Shown here piece by piece: positions 11,683 to 20,955 of a stretch of DNA of 64,000 nucleotides. The DNA is taken from assembly GCA_029974275.1 (NCBI GenBank), contig JARKSN010000316.1, positions 17,459-81,458 on the forward strand. The letters are read 5' to 3'. The first letter of the stretch is position 1. Every line of letters begins with the position of its first letter. The position numbers and the translations under genes were made by a program. The notes beneath the pieces are model-generated. The model worked only from the letters and a program-made list of their open reading frames with translations, was not told the DNA's origin and ran no database searches. This DNA is from Candidatus Hydrogenedentota bacterium. GTDB lineage: Bacteria; Hydrogenedentota; Hydrogenedentia; Hydrogenedentales; SLHB01.

Positions 11683-12233
11683 ACAAGAAGTTCAGTTTCA
11701 ACGGCGGCGAGGAGTACGTTTCCACGCATTTCCCGAGTGAGTTGCGGGAAGTCATGCGTGTCATTGGCGCTGTCGACGCGGCGTTGCACAAGAACAAAGT
11801 GTCCAAAGAAAAGACAATGCCTGGACGCGTTCTGTTCAACCCGAGACAACTGAACAAGGCGTTCAAGACGAGTTTTGAAGAACGCGAATGGTCGACAACA
11901 CGAGTGAAATGCCAGGACGTTGTTCTTGATAACAACGTGCATGTGCCGTTGCCCAGTGGGGCCTTTCGCGAGATGGATTTTGTGAAACACCGTTTGGGCG
12001 TTGAAGTGCAACTGGGCAAATACGCATTCATGGTATACAACGTCTGTGCCAAGATGACAATCTTTCATAATCTCGATGTGATAGATGCGGGAATCGAGAT
12101 CGTCCCGATGAAATCTTTGGCAGACGAAATGTCAACAGGCGTCTCTTATTTTGAGCAGATTGTCTGGGACCTCACACATCGTGGCGTCTCGGATATTGAT
12201 ATCCCGGTTCTGGTTTTGGGAATTTCTGATTAG
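11673..12233 (+). CDS. BglII/BstYI-family type II restriction endonuclease
   Basis: REMDFVK...GVEVQLGKY (D...ExQ catalytic variant), IDAGIEIVP, MSTGVSYFEQ; overlaps the methyltransferase stop by 10 nt. Confidence 0.85.
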   Translation: MRVDKKFSFNGGEEYVSTHFPSELREVMRVIGAVDAALHKNKVSKEKTMPGRVLFNPRQLNKAFKTSFEEREWSTTRVKCQDVVLDNNVHVPLPSGAFREMDFVKHRLGVEVQLGKYAFMVYNVCAKMTIFHNLDVIDAGIEIVPMKSLADEMSTGVSYFEQIVWDLTHRGVSDIDIPVLVLGISD

Positions 12234-12275
12234 CTGTAAAGTTAGGGCGTTGCGTCAACGAACGTTGAGAGAGAT

Positions 12276-14831
12276 ATGGAAACACCAAACGAACGTGTAG
12301 TGCCGATTGCGATCGAGCAGGAGATGAAGACCTCGTTCATGGACTATTCCATGAGCGTGATTGTGAGCCGCGCGTTGCCGGACGTGCGCGACGGCTTGAA
12401 GCCGGTGCATCGACGCATTCTGTACACGATGCACGAGATGGGGCTGGTGCACAATCGCGGGTTTCGCAAGTCCGCGGCCATCGTCGGCGACGCGATGGGG
12501 AAATACCACCCGCACGGCGACTCGGCTATTTACGACACCCTCGTGCGCCTGGCGCAGCCATGGAACATGCGCTATCCGCTCGTGGACGGTCAGGGCAACT
12601 TTGGATCGGTCGACGGCGACAGCCCGGCTGCGATGCGGTACACCGAATCGCGCATGGCGGCGATCACGTCGCAGATGCTGGCCGACATCGAAAAACAAAC
12701 GGTTAACACGCAACCCAATTACGACGGGCGTCTGCAGGAACCCGTCGTGCTGCCGTCGGCCATTCCCAATCTACTGGTTAACGGCTCGTACGGCATTGCC
12801 GTGGGCATGGCGACGAGTTGCCCGCCGCACAATTTGCGCGAAGTCTGTGACGCGGTCGTGCATCTCATTGACAATCCCAAGGCGACCGTCGCAGACATGA
12901 TGCGCTTCGTCAAAGCGCCCGATTTCCCGACCGGCGGCATCATCTACGGGTGCGAAGGCTTGCCCGAGGCATACCGCACCGGACGCGGGCGCATCACCGT
13001 GCGCGCCAAGGTCGCCATTGAACACGACCAGCGCGCCAATCGGGATCGCATCATCGTCAAGGAACTGCCGTATCAGGTCAACAAGGCGCGCCTGATCGAA
13101 AACATCGCGGAGTTGGTCAACGCCAAGACGGTCGAGGGCATCACGGACTTGCGCGACGAGTCCGACCGCGATGGGATGCGCGTCGTCATCGAAGTGCGCA
13201 AGGGCGATGAGCCTCAGGTCATCCTGAATCAGCTCTACAAACACACGCAGCTGCAAGAAAACGCGAGCATTTTGATGCTGGCGCTGGTGAACAATCAGCC
13301 GCGCGTGTTGTCGCTGCTGGAAATGGTCGGCTACTACGTCAAGCACCGCGCCGAGATCGTCCGCAAGCGCACCGAGTACGACCTGCGCCAAGCCGAGGCG
13401 CGCGCGCATATCGTCGAAGGACTGCTCAAGGCCATCGACCATATCGACGAAGTGATCGAGATCATACGTTCGTCGGAAGACGCCGATCAGGCCCGCGTGC
13501 GATTGGGCGATCGCTTCGGTTTCACCGAGATTCAGGCCAACGCGATCCTCGCCATGCGCCTGCGCCGATTGACCGGTCTCGAACGCGAGGAGTTAGAGAA
13601 GGAATACGCCGACTTGCTCAAACAGATCGAGCACTTCCAGCGCATTCTGTCGAGCGAACGCACGATTTTGGCCGAGGTCCGCCGCGAGATACTCGAAGTT
13701 CGGAACAAATACGGCGACGACCGCCGCACGATTATCTTGGGCGAGACCTCGGAATTCGCCATCGAAGATCTCATCGCCGACGAGAACATGGTCGTGACGG
13801 TGTCGAACCAAGGCTACATCAAGCGCGTGCCCGTCAGCACCTACCGCAAACAGCGGCGCGGCGGCAGGGGCGTTGCCGGCATGGAGACGAAGGAAGAAGA
13901 CTTTGTGCGCGACCTGTTCATCGCGTCGGCGCACCAATACATGCTCTTCTTCACGAACCTCGGGCGCGTGTACTGGCGCAGGGTGCATGAATTGCCCAAG
14001 GCCAGCCGCACGGCCCGTGGTCGCGCGATCGTGAATGTGCTTGACCTCACGGGAGACGAACGCGTGACGGCATGCTTGCCGGTGCGCGACCTCAAGGAAG
14101 AGGGCAAGTTCGTTTTCATGGTGACCGCCAACGGCACGATCAAGAAGACCGAACTCACCGCTTTCAGCAATCCGCGCGCGGCGGGCATTATCGCGATCGA
14201 TCTCGACAAGGGCGACGATCTCATCGACGTGCAGATCACCTCGGGCAACGACAACATCCTGATCGCCACGTACAACGGTTTGGCGATTCGTTTTCCCGAA
14301 AAAGACGTCCGCTCCATGGGGCGCGGCGCGCGCGGCGTGATTGGCATTCGCCTGGAAAAAGGCGATCGCGTGATCGGCGTTTCCATCGCCGAGGACGACA
14401 TGACGGTTCTCAGTGTAACAGAAAGGGGCTTCGGCAAACGGACAAAGGTCGGCGAATACCGGCTGCAACACCGAGGCGGACAAGGTATCATCAACATCAA
14501 GACCAGCGACCGCAACGGCAACGTCGTGGGCATGCTCACCGTCGACGACGAAGACGAGATTGTCGTCGTCAGCACGGACGGCATCGTGATCCGCACGCCC
14601 GTCAAGGACATCCGCACGATAGGCCGCAACACGCAAGGCGTCAAGATCATGTCCCCGACCGAAGGCGCGCAGGTCAGCGCCGTCGCCCGCGCATTGGCCG
14701 AAAGCAAGGAAGAACACCTGACGGAAACCGCCGCGACCTTGGGCGAAGCGCAGCAAATTTCGCCCGGTTTGTCGACGCAAGACGATGAGAACGGTCTTTT
14801 TTCCGAAACGGACGAAGACGAAAACGCGTGA
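12276..14831 (+). CDS. gyrA: DNA gyrase subunit A
   Basis: [34 protein letters not shown], GyrA-box QRRGGRG, pinwheel repeats, acidic tail. Confidence 0.98.
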   Translation: METPNERVVPIAIEQEMKTSFMDYSMSVIVSRALPDVRDGLKPVHRRILYTMHEMGLVHNRGFRKSAAIVGDAMGKYHPHGDSAIYDTLVRLAQPWNMRYPLVDGQGNFGSVDGDSPAAMRYTESRMAAITSQMLADIEKQTVNTQPNYDGRLQEPVVLPSAIPNLLVNGSYGIAVGMATSCPPHNLREVCDAVVHLIDNPKATVADMMRFVKAPDFPTGGIIYGCEGLPEAYRTGRGRITVRAKVAIEHDQRANRDRIIVKELPYQVNKARLIENIAELVNAKTVEGITDLRDESDRDGMRVVIEVRKGDEPQVILNQLYKHTQLQENASILMLALVNNQPRVLSLLEMVGYYVKHRAEIVRKRTEYDLRQAEARAHIVEGLLKAIDHIDEVIEIIRSSEDADQARVRLGDRFGFTEIQANAILAMRLRRLTGLEREELEKEYADLLKQIEHFQRILSSERTILAEVRREILEVRNKYGDDRRTIILGETSEFAIEDLIADENMVVTVSNQGYIKRVPVSTYRKQRRGGRGVAGMETKEEDFVRDLFIASAHQYMLFFTNLGRVYWRRVHELPKASRTARGRAIVNVLDLTGDERVTACLPVRDLKEEGKFVFMVTANGTIKKTELTAFSNPRAAGIIAIDLDKGDDLIDVQITSGNDNILIATYNGLAIRFPEKDVRSMGRGARGVIGIRLEKGDRVIGVSIAEDDMTVLSVTERGFGKRTKVGEYRLQHRGGQGIINIKTSDRNGNVVGMLTVDDEDEIVVVSTDGIVIRTPVKDIRTIGRNTQGVKIMSPTEGAQVSAVARALAESKEEHLTETAATLGEAQQISPGLSTQDDENGLFSETDEDENA

Positions 14832-14921
14832 GTCTTTTTCCCTTGCGTCCGCGCAATGTTGGACTTTGACGGACGAGGTGTGATAGTCTAATCATGTTTG
14901 GCATAGCCGAACGAAACGAGG

Positions 14922-14997
14922 GCGCTCGTAGCTCAGGGGATAGAGCACTAGCCTCCGGAGCTAGGTGTCGCAGGTTCGAATCCTGCCGAGCGCGCCA
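14922..14997 (+). tRNA. tRNA-Arg (anticodon CCG)
   Basis: Acceptor stem GCGCTCG/CGAGCGC, anticodon arm CTAGC-CTCCGGA-GCTAG, GGTTCGAATCC T-arm, encoded CCA. Confidence 0.96.
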
Positions 14998-15244
14998 TTC
15001 TCTATTCCAGCCCCCAGAGCGAGGGCGGGAATAGTACGAGTAGCGGAAACGTTTTGATAATGTCGGGGTATTACCATGACTATGGCGCGCCGATCCCCTG
15101 CCCGCCATTGACGCGAGAGTCGGGGGGGCAAAGACAGTCTCGGATAGGGGCGTGTTTCACGGCGGTGGCTCTGTTTGTCACCAGAGACCGTGGCCCCTTT
15201 GTAGATAAAGCGGAAACGAAAAGAAGAATAGTGCGGAGGAGACC

Positions 15245-15772
15245 ATGAACAGCAAACGCGGTTTCGTATTCACAGTCCTTGCGGCAAGCCTGATTTTGAT
15301 GCTGGCGTTGGGAACGGGTTGCGCCAGCAAAAAACAGCCCAAAATCACGCCGACCCCTGGCCCGGCAGTCGAGCAGCAAGGAAGCGGCGATGGACAGCCG
15401 GACATCGACGTAACCAGCAAAATGTGGGTGCCTTTTGAAGGCCTGTCGACGGTGCACTTCGATTATAATAAATACGATCTGCGCGCCGACACCCGCGCCA
15501 AGCTCAACAAAAATGCGGAGCTTATCAAGGCCCAGCCGGACGTCCTGGTCCAGATCGAAGGCCACTGCGACGAACGCGGCACCCAGGAATACAACCTGGC
15601 CCTCGGCGAGAAACGCGCCCTGGCCGTCCGCGACTACCTGGTGAAACTTGGCATCTCCGGCGATCGCATCGTCACCATCAGCTACGGCGAAGAAAAGCCG
15701 GTCGACGGCGGTCACGACGAAGCCGCTTGGTCGAAGAATCGCCGGTGCGAGTTCAACAAGGCCGCGCGATAA
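15245..15772 (+). CDS. pal: Peptidoglycan-associated lipoprotein (OmpA-like domain)
   Basis: Lipobox GTGC; VHFDYNK, IEGHCDERGTQEYNLALGEKRA, SYGEEKP, NRR; GGAGG RBS. Confidence 0.93.
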   Translation: MNSKRGFVFTVLAASLILMLALGTGCASKKQPKITPTPGPAVEQQGSGDGQPDIDVTSKMWVPFEGLSTVHFDYNKYDLRADTRAKLNKNAELIKAQPDVLVQIEGHCDERGTQEYNLALGEKRALAVRDYLVKLGISGDRIVTISYGEEKPVDGGHDEAAWSKNRRCEFNKAAR

Positions 15773-15815
15773 GCGTCTTTCGGGCCAACGTGGCTGACGA
15801 AACGAGGGGAACAAG

Positions 15816-16742
15816 ATGGACGCGTGGATGAAAAGAGCGGTGACGACTCTGGCCGTGCTCGTTCTGGCGGGATGCGCCACCGACAACCGGGAAGTCATCA
15901 ACAGCACGTACCGCAGCGTTAGGAACCTTGAGAAAAACACGTCAACCTCGGTTGACCAGTTGAACAAGGCCACCGCGGACCTGTCGACGCGTCTGGATTC
16001 GAGCGACCAGGAGACGCGCGAACTAAAGGGCATGGTTCAGGAAACCCAGGCCAAGCTCGATAAAATCGACGCCAAGCTCAACGAGTTGACCCGAAATCTC
16101 TACAAACTCAGCGGGTTGACGCCTCCCCCCGGGGCGGCGTCAACCTCGCCGCAGAGCGTCCTCGTCGATTCGATCAAGGTGGAAGACCAGCCCGCGCCCC
16201 TTTCGTCCGTGCCGACCTCCGCCCCGCCCGTCCAAACGAGCCCCCAGGCGGCCCCCGCTGCGGTTCCGACCGTTCCCGAGCCCAGCGAGGAAAAAATCCT
16301 CGCGGAAACTCCTACGCCGTCGGCTCCCGCCGCACAGCCCGAAGCGCCCCTTTCAGCAGACAGCGCCGTGGCCGAATACAATCAGGCGATGAAGTCATTC
16401 AAAGCCAATGACTTTGGCGCTGCCGCGCAACAATTCGGCGATTTCGTGAAAAAGTACCCGAACACCGAAAATTCGGCCAACGCCCAATTCTGGAAGGCCC
16501 AGAGCATCGACAAGCTTGGCAAAGCGGAAGAAGCCATCCGAGAATATGAAAAAGTCAAGGCTTCCTATCCGACAAGCCCCAAGGTTCCCGTGGCGATGTA
16601 CAAACAAGCTGGCGCCTACCTCAATCTTGGACAGAGGCAGCGAGCGATAGACCTCCTGAAACAACTGGTGGAAAACTATCCAATGCACAACGCAGCCGTC
16701 TTGGCTAAGAGCGAGTTGCAAAAGCTTCAAGCTCAGAATTGA
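15816..16742 (+). CDS. cpoB: Tol-Pal system protein YbgF/CpoB (coiled coil + TPR)
   Basis: Lipobox LAGC, N-terminal coiled coil, Pro-rich linker, TPR with ANAQFWKA and YPTSPKVP; directly after pal. Confidence 0.85.
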   Translation: MDAWMKRAVTTLAVLVLAGCATDNREVINSTYRSVRNLEKNTSTSVDQLNKATADLSTRLDSSDQETRELKGMVQETQAKLDKIDAKLNELTRNLYKLSGLTPPPGAASTSPQSVLVDSIKVEDQPAPLSSVPTSAPPVQTSPQAAPAAVPTVPEPSEEKILAETPTPSAPAAQPEAPLSADSAVAEYNQAMKSFKANDFGAAAQQFGDFVKKYPNTENSANAQFWKAQSIDKLGKAEEAIREYEKVKASYPTSPKVPVAMYKQAGAYLNLGQRQRAIDLLKQLVENYPMHNAAVLAKSELQKLQAQN

Positions 16743-16862
16743 CGTTTCCGGAAGCCATTGAATCCATGGCGACCCACGCGCGCGGGAGTGTCCCTTCCGC
16801 GCGCGTTTTTCCAATACGCGGCAGAACTGTGCCTAGAACGACCCCGGGAGGCATGCACCCTC

Positions 16863-17873
16863 ATGCGGCATTACCTAGGATTGGACGCGGGCGGAACCAA
16901 GACGCATTGCCTCGTCGCCAACGAACGAGGCGACATACTCGGATTTGGCGCCGCTGGATCAGGCAATTACGAATGCCTCGGCATTGAACCCGCCGCTACG
17001 GAAAACCGCAAGGCCGTCCAAACGGCCCTTGCCGAAGCCCAATGTGCACTGCAAGACATCTCAAGCATCGGCATGGGCATTGCCGGAGCCGACTTGCCCG
17101 AAGACTACGACATGCTCGAACGCGAGATATACACCCCGCTTTTCGGCGCGACCCGCCGGACATTTCGCAACGATTCAATGGCAGGACTGCGCGGCGGCAC
17201 TCGCCACCCCAGCGGCATTGTCATCGCCTGCGGAACAGGATGCGTGTGTGCAGGCCGCAGTCGCAGCGGACAGGAAGTCCGCGTCGGCGGACTCGGCGAC
17301 AAATCGGGGGATGAGTGCACAGGATCCGAAATAGGACGCATCGCCCTTCGCCGAGTTTGGCAGGCCCGAGAGGGAATCATTCCGCCCACGATCCTGACCG
17401 ACAAGTTCGTCGCCCGAGCCGAATGCGCCCATGTCGACGATCTGTTCTATCGCATGTACCGCGGACAACTCGACGAAAGAGCCCTCGAGCCCATGGCCAA
17501 GCTCGTATTCGACGCCGCGCTTGAAGGCGACGCGGCCTCCTGTGATATCCTAGAACACGGCGGCCGGTACCTCGGGATGATGGTGAACGCTGCGGCGCGA
17601 TCCCTCGGCGTAACCCAGGAAGCTTTCGAAGTGGTTATGGCGGGCAGCGTATTCAAGGGATCAAGCCCCATCTTGATCGACGCCATGCGCACGGCGATTC
17701 ATCGGGTCTCGCCCCATGCCGCGCTGGTCATGCCCTTGTTCGAGCCCGTGGTGGGCGCTTTGTTGATGGGCATGGATATGGACGGAGCCGTGACGGACGA
17801 GGTGTACGACAACCTTGCCAGGAGCCTCGGGGAAGCCGAGAAACGCTATCACGTCCGGCTGAAGGCGGAATAA
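16863..17873 (+). CDS. BadF/BadG/BcrA/BcrD-family sugar kinase (N-acetylglucosamine kinase-like)
   Basis: LGLDAGGTKT, GIAGAD, RND, IACGTG, VGG.G...GDE, VMAGSV. Confidence 0.85.
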   Translation: MRHYLGLDAGGTKTHCLVANERGDILGFGAAGSGNYECLGIEPAATENRKAVQTALAEAQCALQDISSIGMGIAGADLPEDYDMLEREIYTPLFGATRRTFRNDSMAGLRGGTRHPSGIVIACGTGCVCAGRSRSGQEVRVGGLGDKSGDECTGSEIGRIALRRVWQAREGIIPPTILTDKFVARAECAHVDDLFYRMYRGQLDERALEPMAKLVFDAALEGDAASCDILEHGGRYLGMMVNAAARSLGVTQEAFEVVMAGSVFKGSSPILIDAMRTAIHRVSPHAALVMPLFEPVVGALLMGMDMDGAVTDEVYDNLARSLGEAEKRYHVRLKAE

Positions 17874-17877
17874 CAAC

Positions 17878-19077
17878 ATGAAGATGCAACGTGGGCGCAA
17901 AATTCATTGGACGTGGGCACTAGCCGGGGCCATCCTCGCCCTGTACGTGACCGGTTGTAGCCCGCAGCCCTCCCCCAAGAACGATGACGACTTCCTCGAG
18001 CGCATAAAGAGCGAAACATCGGCGAATCCTTCCATCGCCCAGGAAGGAGTGGGGGCGTTGCCCCCGGCGGCGGCCAGTCCTTCGAACGCCGCGCCCGCTA
18101 TCGAATTGAACGCCTCCACCGTCGACCTAGGCGTCGTTCCCAACGACAACTACTATGTGACAACCGTCCCCGTATACAATCGCGGCGCAGCGGACCTGGT
18201 GATAGGCGATGTGCAGACCACCTGCGCCTGCACGATGGGAAAAATGAAAGAGGCCACGATCAAGCCCGGTTCCCAAGGCGAACTGGAGATCACCATCGTT
18301 CCCTACAAAATCCCCGGATTTTCCTCGCAGAAAACCCTGATTATTCTCTCAAACGATCCCAAGCACCCCCGTCTGAGCTTGGAAGTGCATTGCAAAGTCG
18401 ATCCCGAATTCGAAGTCGAGCCAAGTGAAATCGTGTGGGGAAAAATCCAAAAAGGCGAACGTGCGGAATCCATTCTCCATTTCCGCGCCCTTCAAAACGT
18501 CAAAATCGCAGGACAGCCGGACCAGCCCGTCACCGTGGGCGGAGTCACCGCCATTGGACAGCCCCGCGGTTTGTCGTCCGAGATCGAACCACTTCCCGAA
18601 GACGCGTGGACCGCTCCGGGCCTGCCGGAATACCGGATACGCCTTATGCTGGATACGACCGAACTGCCGTTGGGCGCCTACGCGGCGTCCTTTCAAATCG
18701 TCACCTCCGCGCCGCGCGTGCCGCGTTTCATGAGCGGCGTCAAGGCCGAAATCGTCTCCTTCTACGCAATCGCCCCCCCCACGATCACCGTTCAGAAAAT
18801 ACAACCCGGGGAGACTATCAAGGACGCCGCCGTCATTTCCTCGCAAAGCCAAGCGTTCGAGTTGAAGGACGTCGCCGTTGGTGGCGATAGCTTGACCGTT
18901 GCGACCCGTCCCGGGCCTTCGCCCAACAGCGTTGCGATCGATCTGACCGCGGCGCCAAACGCCCTGGAAGGGCACAAACAGGAAACCATTACATTCACAC
19001 TGTCGTCAGGCGACGAGACCTTGAAGGACTCCATCCGCGTTTTCGCGATAGTCTCGAAATCGCCAACGACCCCATAG
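17878..19077 (+). CDS. DUF1573-domain lipoprotein (Ig-like repeats)
   Basis: Lipobox VTGC; NRGAADLVIGDVQTTCACT, IKPG, SNDP motifs. Confidence 0.75.
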   Translation: MKMQRGRKIHWTWALAGAILALYVTGCSPQPSPKNDDDFLERIKSETSANPSIAQEGVGALPPAAASPSNAAPAIELNASTVDLGVVPNDNYYVTTVPVYNRGAADLVIGDVQTTCACTMGKMKEATIKPGSQGELEITIVPYKIPGFSSQKTLIILSNDPKHPRLSLEVHCKVDPEFEVEPSEIVWGKIQKGERAESILHFRALQNVKIAGQPDQPVTVGGVTAIGQPRGLSSEIEPLPEDAWTAPGLPEYRIRLMLDTTELPLGAYAASFQIVTSAPRVPRFMSGVKAEIVSFYAIAPPTITVQKIQPGETIKDAAVISSQSQAFELKDVAVGGDSLTVATRPGPSPNSVAIDLTAAPNALEGHKQETITFTLSSGDETLKDSIRVFAIVSKSPTTP

Positions 19078-19118
19078 CCGTTATCTCAGCCAACGCACAA
19101 TCGCAGGAGATCCACGCC

Positions 19119-19502
19119 ATGGCCTTGTTCGGACGGCGAGACAAAGATGCCGCGAAGACCGCTGCGCCGGCAGGTCTGCGCCCCACAATGGGCCGGATCG
19201 CCTACTGCCGCGTCTGCGCCAAGGACCAACCGATGACCCGCTGTTGGATGCGCACCGCCTATCTTGTCCAGTGCATGTGCTGCGGCCTCGCCTTCGAGGA
19301 CCCTGCCGCGTTGTATCGCCGCAATCAGCCGGCTTGTCCCCGTTGCGGCGAATTCCTGGAACACCCCGGTTTTGAATACGGACTGTGCGACGGGTGTGGA
19401 TCGAAGTACGAGCTCGTGAGCGGCGCCAAGCCCGGCCTGCTGCCCAATAAGCGCCAGCGCGATGAAATGAGCAAACAAGGGAAAGCTTGGAGCAGATACT
19501 GA
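19119..19502 (+). CDS. Hypothetical multi-zinc-ribbon protein
   Basis: CRVC, CMCC, CPRC, CDGC; AGGAG RBS; stop 1 nt before next start. Confidence 0.75.
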   Translation: MALFGRRDKDAAKTAAPAGLRPTMGRIAYCRVCAKDQPMTRCWMRTAYLVQCMCCGLAFEDPAALYRRNQPACPRCGEFLEHPGFEYGLCDGCGSKYELVSGAKPGLLPNKRQRDEMSKQGKAWSRY

Positions 19503-19503
19503 C

Positions 19504-20952
19504 ATGCTGACGAACGAAATCAGGGATCGCCTTCAACGGCACGGGCAAGAGCGAGTGCTTCGGTTCTGGGACCGCCTTGACGACGAGGCCTGCGGGACGC
19601 TGGGCGCGCAGCTGGCGACCATAGATTTTGAACTTATGGATCGGCTCATCGAGAAATGGATTCGCAACACGCCGTCCGCGGAAAGATTCAACGCCATCGA
19701 TCCGGTGCCGCTGATTCCCGAGGCCGATCTTTCGCGACCGGACGCCCGCGAGGCCTGCGCCGCTGGCGAAGACGCCCTGCGCCAGGGACGCGTAGGGTTG
19801 ATCCTCGTTGCCGGCGGACAAGGAACCCGTCTGGGTTTTAGCGGCCCCAAAGGTTCTTACCCCATTGGCCCCATTTCCGGGCGCAGTCTCTTCGCGTATC
19901 ATGCGGAGAAGATACGCAATCTGCAACGCCGGTATGCCTGCACGCTGCCATGGTACATCATGGTTAGCGCCGCCAACCGCGCCGCCACCGAGGCTTTTTT
20001 CCGCGAACACGACTATTTCGGCTTGCGCGTCCAAGACATCCGCTTTTTCCAGCAACGCATGATCCCGTGCGTCGACGACAATGGCGCCTTCATGCTCGAC
20101 GCTCCCGGGCGGCTTGCCATGAACCCCAATGGCCACGGAGGCTGCATTCCCGCGATGGTCGAGAGCGGAATTACGAAAGACGCCCGGGAACGCGGCGTTG
20201 ACACGCTCAGCTATTTCCAAGTCGACAACTGGGCGGCCAAGGTCGCCGATCCATTTTTCATCGGCTACCATGTCCTTCGCGGCGGCGAAATGTCCTCGAA
20301 GATCAACCGTCGCAACGGACCCCGCGAAGCCGTCGGCGTCCACTGCCTATGCGACGGCGAATACCGCGTCATCGAATACTCCGAACTCGATATCTATCCG
20401 CAACTCTTGGAACTCGATGCTCATGGGAAGCCGGTCTACCTTGCCGGCAATCCCGCGATTCACATCCTTTCCGTGCCGTTTATCGAACGGGTATCTCACA
20501 ATTTCCGCGAATTCCCGTGGCACTTGGCGCATAAAAAGATCGCCTGCATCGATGACGCCGGCGTGCGCATTGTCCCGGACAAGCCCAACGGCTACAAGTT
20601 CGAGACCTTTGTGTTCGACGCCCTCCGCTTCATTCGCCACGAGCCAATCGCATTGCTGATTCGCCGTGACGGCGAGTACACCCCCACGAAACAGTTCGAA
20701 GGAGACAACAGCGTTACGGCTGCGCGCGCGAGCATGGCCCGCTTCTGGGGCGAATGGCTCGACGAGGCCGGCGTCGCGACGCCGCGCGACGGACAGGGCA
20801 ACGTCGCCGTGGACATCGAGATCAGTCCCGACTTCGCTTATTCGAAAGAGGAATTCATGGATCGCATGAAAGGCTGCACTCTGGACATCAACGGCGGCAT
20901 TTCCATTTCCGCCGACGGTTCCATCGAATACGCCGACAACAGGCGCGCGTGA
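19504..20952 (+). CDS. UDP-N-acetylglucosamine/UDP-hexose pyrophosphorylase (UAP1/UDPGP-type)
   Basis: LVAGGQGTRLG...PKG, FFQQ, PNGHGG, QVDN, EYSE, NGYKFETFVFD. Confidence 0.9.
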   Translation: MLTNEIRDRLQRHGQERVLRFWDRLDDEACGTLGAQLATIDFELMDRLIEKWIRNTPSAERFNAIDPVPLIPEADLSRPDAREACAAGEDALRQGRVGLILVAGGQGTRLGFSGPKGSYPIGPISGRSLFAYHAEKIRNLQRRYACTLPWYIMVSAANRAATEAFFREHDYFGLRVQDIRFFQQRMIPCVDDNGAFMLDAPGRLAMNPNGHGGCIPAMVESGITKDARERGVDTLSYFQVDNWAAKVADPFFIGYHVLRGGEMSSKINRRNGPREAVGVHCLCDGEYRVIEYSELDIYPQLLELDAHGKPVYLAGNPAIHILSVPFIERVSHNFREFPWHLAHKKIACIDDAGVRIVPDKPNGYKFETFVFDALRFIRHEPIALLIRRDGEYTPTKQFEGDNSVTAARASMARFWGEWLDEAGVATPRDGQGNVAVDIEISPDFAYSKEEFMDRMKGCTLDINGGISISADGSIEYADNRRA

Positions 20953-20955
20953 CGG

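Noticed and set aside
11673..12233. Assigning an exact recognition sequence (AGATCT or RGATCY) to the endonuclease
   Set aside because: Family membership does not fix specificity; such sites occur in the window and avoidance cannot be judged by eye
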